64,000 nucleotides of DNA from positions 17,189 through 81,188 of the IMG/VR virus record IMGVR_UViG_3300005613_000035; one strand, written 5' to 3'. The notes beneath the pieces are model-generated. The model ran no database searches. It was not told the origin of the DNA and was given only the letters and a program-made list of their open reading frames with translations. Position 1 is the stretch's first letter. Every line of letters begins with the position of its first letter. The position numbers and the translations under genes were made by a program. The stretch comes from a virus. Below, piece by piece: positions 58,915-64,000 of this stretch.

Positions 58915-59258
58915 TTTTTACCTCCTTTTGTTTGGAAGCGCAGCCGGCCCTATAGGCACGAAGTAACGCTTCCGCTAATTCAAATTTGTTTACTGGAGTC
59001 ACCAAGTGTGAGGCATCATATTTTTCGCAATAATCATTAGCATCGCCCCATGTTTTAAAATTTCCTTCTGGCATAGTTACCCCCTTTTTTTATATCAATC
59101 TTTTGTTTTGTATATTTATTAGCCATAGTTTCTTATAATTTACAAGGATTGGAAAGTCAACACCTAAATCCCAACACCTATAAATAATGATAGATAGTTC
59201 ATTTTTTTCCTTCATTTCCAATACTCCAACATTATCAAACTCATCAGTTATTAACTAA

Positions 59259-59453
59259 TTAGTTGTAAGGCAATGGTTCTCTGCTAAACCCACCAGAAAA
59301 AACAACATTAGCTTTTTTTGGCCACGGTTCTCCAAATATTACCCGACCATGATCGTCACAAATTCGATACGCCAAACCTGTTGCCTCCACTTCTTTTACT
59401 TCCCAATCTTCCTCTTTCTGATCCGGGTGTTTAAAATAAATTCGATATCTCAT
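59259..59453 (-). CDS. Small hypothetical protein
   Basis: AAGGAGGT SD. Confidence 0.55.
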   Translation of the reverse strand: MRYRIYFKHPDQKEEDWEVKEVEATGLAYRICDDHGRVIFGEPWPKKANVVFSGGFSREPLPYN

Positions 59454-59474
59454 GTTTTACCTCCTTATTTGTTG

Positions 59475-59759
59475 TTATACAGGTTCTTTTAGATGATTTA
59501 GCTGTATTAGCTCATAACTTCTTTTCCGGCTATCAACAACCTCTTCCAACATTTCAACGTACTCTCTTGTAGCTTGATGCCATGTTGATCTCTCAGCATC
59601 AGATGGTTCGGGTATTGAGTCTAAAAGAAGGCTATCTTCATATTCCATATCCTTAATTACCCGTTTTATTTCCTCATAACATTTTGTAAATCCAGAATGT
59701 TCTCCATATGCTGTCCAAGATTCTTCTTTTATTAATTCTAACAAACTATATAGGCCCAT
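59475..59759 (-). CDS. Hypothetical protein
   Basis: AAGGAG SD. Confidence 0.55.
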   Translation of the reverse strand: MGLYSLLELIKEESWTAYGEHSGFTKCYEEIKRVIKDMEYEDSLLLDSIPEPSDAERSTWHQATREYVEMLEEVVDSRKRSYELIQLNHLKEPV

Positions 59760-59772
59760 TATATCTCCTTTT

Positions 59773-60489
59773 TTATATATAATATGCTAACATACTCTTA
59801 ATTACAGTTATGTAATTAGGTACTTCAATTATGTTAATATCTTCATCTGTAATATGGTAAAGCACCATGTTATGTTTCTGATAATCTGGAAAGTATCCCT
59901 CCTTTCTTAGAATATATGAGTATAAATTAAGCTGTAGTACATACTTATAATAATTACAATCATCAAGATGCTGTATTGGAAACTTTGCTTTTCTCCATAT
60001 GTTATTATATTTTATTTCCTTCACAAACTTCCAATCTGCTATGTACAGTTGATTGTCCTTTTTTAATAGTAGATCAACAGTACCTGCTATTCCTAACTTT
60101 GGACTTGCTATGACTTTCTCAGCTTCTAAACATATGTAGTTGTTAGCATCGAACATTTCAAATATGTCTTTAATATTCCTGTGTACATTATCTAATATTT
60201 GTATATTTCTATTATAAAAACAATCCTCCGCATATTTATGGTATAATGTGCCTCTTTCTCTTGCTTTTCTTCCTTTAGTTTCCCAAGCTTCCCGCACCTC
60301 TTCAGCTATAAGCCCATGTTTTAATGCATACTTTTCAGATATTTCTTTAGCATTAAACTTATTAAAGAACTTACTTATAAAAGTTGTACCTGATGTAAAC
60401 TTTAAGTCAGTATCTTTATCTAAAGTATATGTATGTGTTGATGCATCAAATAGAATATTTCCAGCACTTGGATGTGGTGATAGTATCAT
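59773..60489 (-). CDS. PD-(D/E)XK exonuclease
   Basis: SGTT, GT.YH...E, IAGTVDLL, IADWK, QLNLY. Confidence 0.85.
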   Translation of the reverse strand: MILSPHPSAGNILFDASTHTYTLDKDTDLKFTSGTTFISKFFNKFNAKEISEKYALKHGLIAEEVREAWETKGRKARERGTLYHKYAEDCFYNRNIQILDNVHRNIKDIFEMFDANNYICLEAEKVIASPKLGIAGTVDLLLKKDNQLYIADWKFVKEIKYNNIWRKAKFPIQHLDDCNYYKYVLQLNLYSYILRKEGYFPDYQKHNMVLYHITDEDINIIEVPNYITVIKSMLAYYI

Positions 60490-60782
60490 AAATCACCTAT
60501 CAACTTGTGTATTCTTTTTTGGACATACTCTTTTCCAAAAATATGGCACGGGCATGAACCTAACAAGCTTGAAAAATCAGATACAGTTGTATTAAATATT
60601 TCTGCACATATAATACAATTTGGAAATGGACAATGATCTAATGCTGCATCAACAGTTTTGTTCATTTTCCTATTTACCTTAATATACTCTTTTATTTCTT
60701 CAATACTATAACTCAAGTCATTAACCTTCACTTTACAAAACTTATGTTTAATCTTAAGCCAATATATTAATATTTGTCTCAT
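60486..60782 (-). CDS. Cys-rich hypothetical protein
   Basis: CPF..C..C..IF....CPC. Confidence 0.6.
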   Translation of the reverse strand: MRQILIYWLKIKHKFCKVKVNDLSYSIEEIKEYIKVNRKMNKTVDAALDHCPFPNCIICAEIFNTTVSDFSSLLGSCPCHIFGKEYVQKRIHKLIGDL

Positions 60783-63160
60783 AATACACTCCCTATTTTT
60801 TTAAGATCTCCCAAATTATTTCCAATACAAATATCTGCTATCAACTGTACTCTATCTAACTTATCAAAATCTTTATTTATATTTTCCATAGTATCTTGCA
60901 TAATATATGCTACATCTTTTATCTCATCTTCTGGACTCTGGCAAATAATACTGTCATACACTTGTAATGACAGGAAAGATTTCATCCTGTTTTCTATAAG
61001 CCTCTTATTTATCTTAATCATAGAAAGATACGTTAAAAATACTGCTGTACTTTGAATAGGATGATTAACTGCTTCTCGTAAGGTATGTGCATCCTCTTCT
61101 TTATGATATTTCCAACTTCTTTTAAATCCAAAATAGTTAGACACACACCCATATTTTATAACCTCTTCTTTAATATCCTCTATATATTTCTGTAATATTG
61201 GAAACTTAGCAAAATAATTATATATTATTTCCTCAGCTCTTTGTACTGAACATCTTAACTGTAAAGCTAAAGCTTCCTTTGACATTTGATACAAGATACC
61301 AAAGCTTACACCTTTTGCATCCGTTCTTAATAAATTATATTCTCCATACTCACCTTCAATCTTTCGCCTATTTTCAAATTCTATATAATTTAAGCTATTT
61401 ATTTCACAAGCTACTGCAGAATGAAACTCCTTTGTTTTATCGTTACATAATTTAATTAAGTTATAATCTCCTGATAACATAGCAGCAACTCGAATTTCCA
61501 TAGTTGAAAAGTCAGAGTATACAAATGTAAATCCTTCATGCGGTACATAACATCTTTTTATAATTTTATTTCTTGGTATATTTAACAAATTAATTCCAGT
61601 AGAATTAGGTCTACCACTTCCTGTTGCATGTAGACTATATTTTGTATGTGCTACATTATTAACTAACTTTGGAACTATCCCCGATAGAAAATTCTTTCTC
61701 ATAGATTCTATACTACGATAGTTAACCATACTTTTACAGTATTCATTCTCATGTTTCTTGGCATACACCTCCATTTCTTTTATACCAACAGATACCCCAC
61801 CTTTTTTTGTTTTTTTAAGAATTGGTAAACCATAATAATCTATCAGCAACCATTTAACCATCTGAGAAGATTTAGGATTAAACTTTTTACCAAAATGCAT
61901 CTCACATTTTTTTATGCTGTCTAATGCTTGTACTTTCATTAAAGCTTTTTCAGACTTATTTGCAAACTTTTTATCTGTTTTCCATAATGTGGGGATATCT
62001 ATTCTTACACCTTTCAAACTCATTTCAGTAAGTAGTTTATTAGTAGGCATAAGTATATTCTTGAATAACCAATCCTGGCCACATTTAAACAACAATCTTT
62101 CCTGCTTTTGTTTTATGGCAAATAATGTACCGATATCATTAATACCATATTGATATAATACCTTTGTATTTTTAACTAAATGAGCACCACCTACAGATTC
62201 TACTTCTTTCCAATATCCATAATAATCAGGATTATATTTACCTGTCAAGTAATTAAGATCATTATTTTTCATACCTGATAATACAAACTCTGCTAAACAA
62301 GTATCAAACTCCCAATATTTTAATTCTATTCCTAATTTTACATATAACCATTTAGCATCAAATGTATAATCTTGCCCAAGTATTGAATTTGTTTCTAATA
62401 ATTCCTTTAACTTAATGCTGTTTCTTTCAAGCATTTTAACAGGTATTAGATACAAATCACCTCTTTTGCCTACCTGTATTGTTTTTATGTTGTTAGTATA
62501 TGGATCTCGCCCATCTGTTTCAATATCTAAACCAAGTAAATTATTACTTAATTTCAGACACATACTATCAAAGTCATCATCAGTAGTTATTATAGTATAA
62601 GGATAATTCTTTGTTACAAAAGGTTCTGCATCTACCATTTCTGGTATTTTTAAAAATGCGGATCGTATTTCATCCCGTAATTCTGCATTATAAAGTTGTG
62701 CAGCAGGATGGTTTAAAACATAAACCTTTGCTTTAACTTTTGTACTATAAACTACTCTATTTTTATAGAATTTAAACTCGCTTTTATCTATATCAGTTAA
62801 AGAATATAATGCAGATGCACCTAATGCAATTATTAATTTTGGTTTAACCTCTCTTATGTTTCTATTTAAATGTATAAAGCACGCATCTAACTGTTGCTTT
62901 GTAGGTGTTTTATTACCAGCTATATAGCACTTTACTGCATTATCTATAGCAACATCTTCTTTTTTTAAATTAATAAGATCTAATAAAGATGTCAAAATTT
63001 TACCAGAATCTCCTACAAACGGTTCGCCTTTAATACATTCTTGTACTCCAAACATTTCACCTATAAACATATAGGTAGCATCAGTATTTCCAAAATACGG
63101 TTGGCAATTAATCCCCTCTTCATTTTTATATGCAGAGCATCTTGTACATCTTGGTTTCAT
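60779..63160 (-). CDS. polA: Family A DNA polymerase with N-terminal uracil-DNA-glycosylase-like domain and 3'-5' exonuclease
   Basis: UDG4-like (CxxC, GE..G, PFVG.SG, KC, LG..A, HPA); exonuclease DIET, FD, YGIND; pol motifs DFSTMEIR, R..AK..SFG..Y, QVYDS. Confidence 0.9.
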   Translation of the reverse strand: MKPRCTRCSAYKNEEGINCQPYFGNTDATYMFIGEMFGVQECIKGEPFVGDSGKILTSLLDLINLKKEDVAIDNAVKCYIAGNKTPTKQQLDACFIHLNRNIREVKPKLIIALGASALYSLTDIDKSEFKFYKNRVVYSTKVKAKVYVLNHPAAQLYNAELRDEIRSAFLKIPEMVDAEPFVTKNYPYTIITTDDDFDSMCLKLSNNLLGLDIETDGRDPYTNNIKTIQVGKRGDLYLIPVKMLERNSIKLKELLETNSILGQDYTFDAKWLYVKLGIELKYWEFDTCLAEFVLSGMKNNDLNYLTGKYNPDYYGYWKEVESVGGAHLVKNTKVLYQYGINDIGTLFAIKQKQERLLFKCGQDWLFKNILMPTNKLLTEMSLKGVRIDIPTLWKTDKKFANKSEKALMKVQALDSIKKCEMHFGKKFNPKSSQMVKWLLIDYYGLPILKKTKKGGVSVGIKEMEVYAKKHENEYCKSMVNYRSIESMRKNFLSGIVPKLVNNVAHTKYSLHATGSGRPNSTGINLLNIPRNKIIKRCYVPHEGFTFVYSDFSTMEIRVAAMLSGDYNLIKLCNDKTKEFHSAVACEINSLNYIEFENRRKIEGEYGEYNLLRTDAKGVSFGILYQMSKEALALQLRCSVQRAEEIIYNYFAKFPILQKYIEDIKEEVIKYGCVSNYFGFKRSWKYHKEEDAHTLREAVNHPIQSTAVFLTYLSMIKINKRLIENRMKSFLSLQVYDSIICQSPEDEIKDVAYIMQDTMENINKDFDKLDRVQLIADICIGNNLGDLKKIGSVL

Positions 63161-63603
63161 AATAAGTCCTTACAATAACGCCTTAAAAAATAAGCCCACT
63201 TTGAGGCTTCACAGGCTTTAGCTTCAGCTAATTCTTTAACTTCATCACTTAAGTCCTTGCAATAACGCCTTAAATAATAAGCCCATTCTGGATCTTCACA
63301 GGCTTTAGCTTCAACTAACTCTTTAACCTCAGCACTTAAGTCCTTACAATCCAGCTTTAAACAATAAGCCCATTCTGGGTCTTCACAGGCTTTAGCTTCA
63401 GCTAAGGATTTAGCCTTGATACTTAAGCCCTTGCAATCTTTCCTTAAGTAACAAGCCCACTCTGGCACTACCAGATAAAATACTTTAGATAAAGGTGTAT
63501 TATCAGATATATTAGCTAACTTGTTTAACCCTTTACGATAACCATATTCACACCAGTTATAGGGATTATCCCTAAATATACGCCTCATCTTTTTAACTTT
63601 CAT
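63157..63603 (-). CDS. 29-aa helical repeat protein (paralogue of 46783..47298)
   Basis: Same N-terminus NPYNWC.YG..GLNKLA and AEAKACEDPEW repeats. Confidence 0.75.
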   Translation of the reverse strand: MKVKKMRRIFRDNPYNWCEYGYRKGLNKLANISDNTPLSKVFYLVVPEWACYLRKDCKGLSIKAKSLAEAKACEDPEWAYCLKLDCKDLSAEVKELVEAKACEDPEWAYYLRRYCKDLSDEVKELAEAKACEASKWAYFLRRYCKDLL

Positions 63604-63619
63604 ACCTTCTCTCCATATA

Positions 63620-63874
63620 TTATTTTAATTCCTCAAAAACCAAGTCAACTATTTTGTTAATATTTACATTCTTGTAAACTTTCGCATCTTTTTCAATCCT
63701 ACAATTTTTAAGGTACGCTTCAATAGCTTTTATCATACTTATACGATATGGCTCAAGAGATGATAGAACAGCAGCTTCACGTAAGTCATCAACTTTCTTA
63801 GTCAGAAGTTTATAATGCGTACCAAACTTTATTTTTCTAACCATCCAGATTCCTTCATACATTTCATTAAGCAT
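63620..63874 (-). CDS. Hypothetical protein
   Basis: GGAG SD. Confidence 0.5.
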   Translation of the reverse strand: MLNEMYEGIWMVRKIKFGTHYKLLTKKVDDLREAAVLSSLEPYRISMIKAIEAYLKNCRIEKDAKVYKNVNINKIVDLVFEELK

Positions 63875-64000
63875 TTTTTAAATTCTCCAGCCCATTAAGA
63901 TAACTTCTGTATCGTCATTACATAAATACAAAAAACCCGCTTCTAAATCTTCATTAATAGGAACGTACACTGTTAAATCAAAATCAATACCTCCTATAAG

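Noticed and set aside
59773-60489. Cas4/CRISPR system
   Set aside because: No Fe-S Cys cluster, no other cas genes or array; ordinary phage exonuclease
527-62600. Numerous antisense or overlapping ORFs in the track (e.g. 527..955, 10747..11211, 47663..48145, 53104..53541)
   Set aside because: Shadows of well-supported genes on the opposite strand or frame, with no motifs or SDs
46783-63603. Diversity-generating retroelement TR/VR pair
   Set aside because: Both copies are coding, differences do not look adenine-restricted, and no reverse transcriptase is in the window
1-64000. Stop-codon reassignment
   Set aside because: Long genes are intact in the standard code, and TAA, TAG and TGA all end genes at sensible boundaries

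Overview
AT-rich segment of a large tailed dsDNA phage (siphovirus-like) in the standard genetic code. The + strand (1-31422) carries a morphogenesis operon: head-tail connectors, tail tube, G/GT chaperone with a -1 frameshift, a 2023-aa tape measure, lambda-like L/K/I-J tail tip, fibre-like and secreted proteins, and an M15 peptidase. Glycosyltransferases and a sulfotransferase are interleaved with these genes. After a convergent hairpin at ~31430 the - strand carries metabolism and replication genes (intein-containing class II RNR, SbcCD-like pair, RecA, DnaX-like, SSB, UDG-PolA fusion, DNA methylase) and many small accessory ORFs. Top candidates for new biology: (1) an unannotated 57-aa stand-alone PilR/Fis-like HTH gene with its own sigma-54 promoter, three TGAC-N7-GTCA-type upstream boxes and a downstream hairpin, possibly an enhancer-binding-protein decoy; (2) integron-type attC cassette signatures around small accessory genes; (3) three intergenic structured-RNA candidates; (4) a tail-tip domain nested inside a copy of itself. 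Several cues point to a Desulfobacterota-like anaerobic host (inference). All calls come from reading the sequence by eye; no searches were run.
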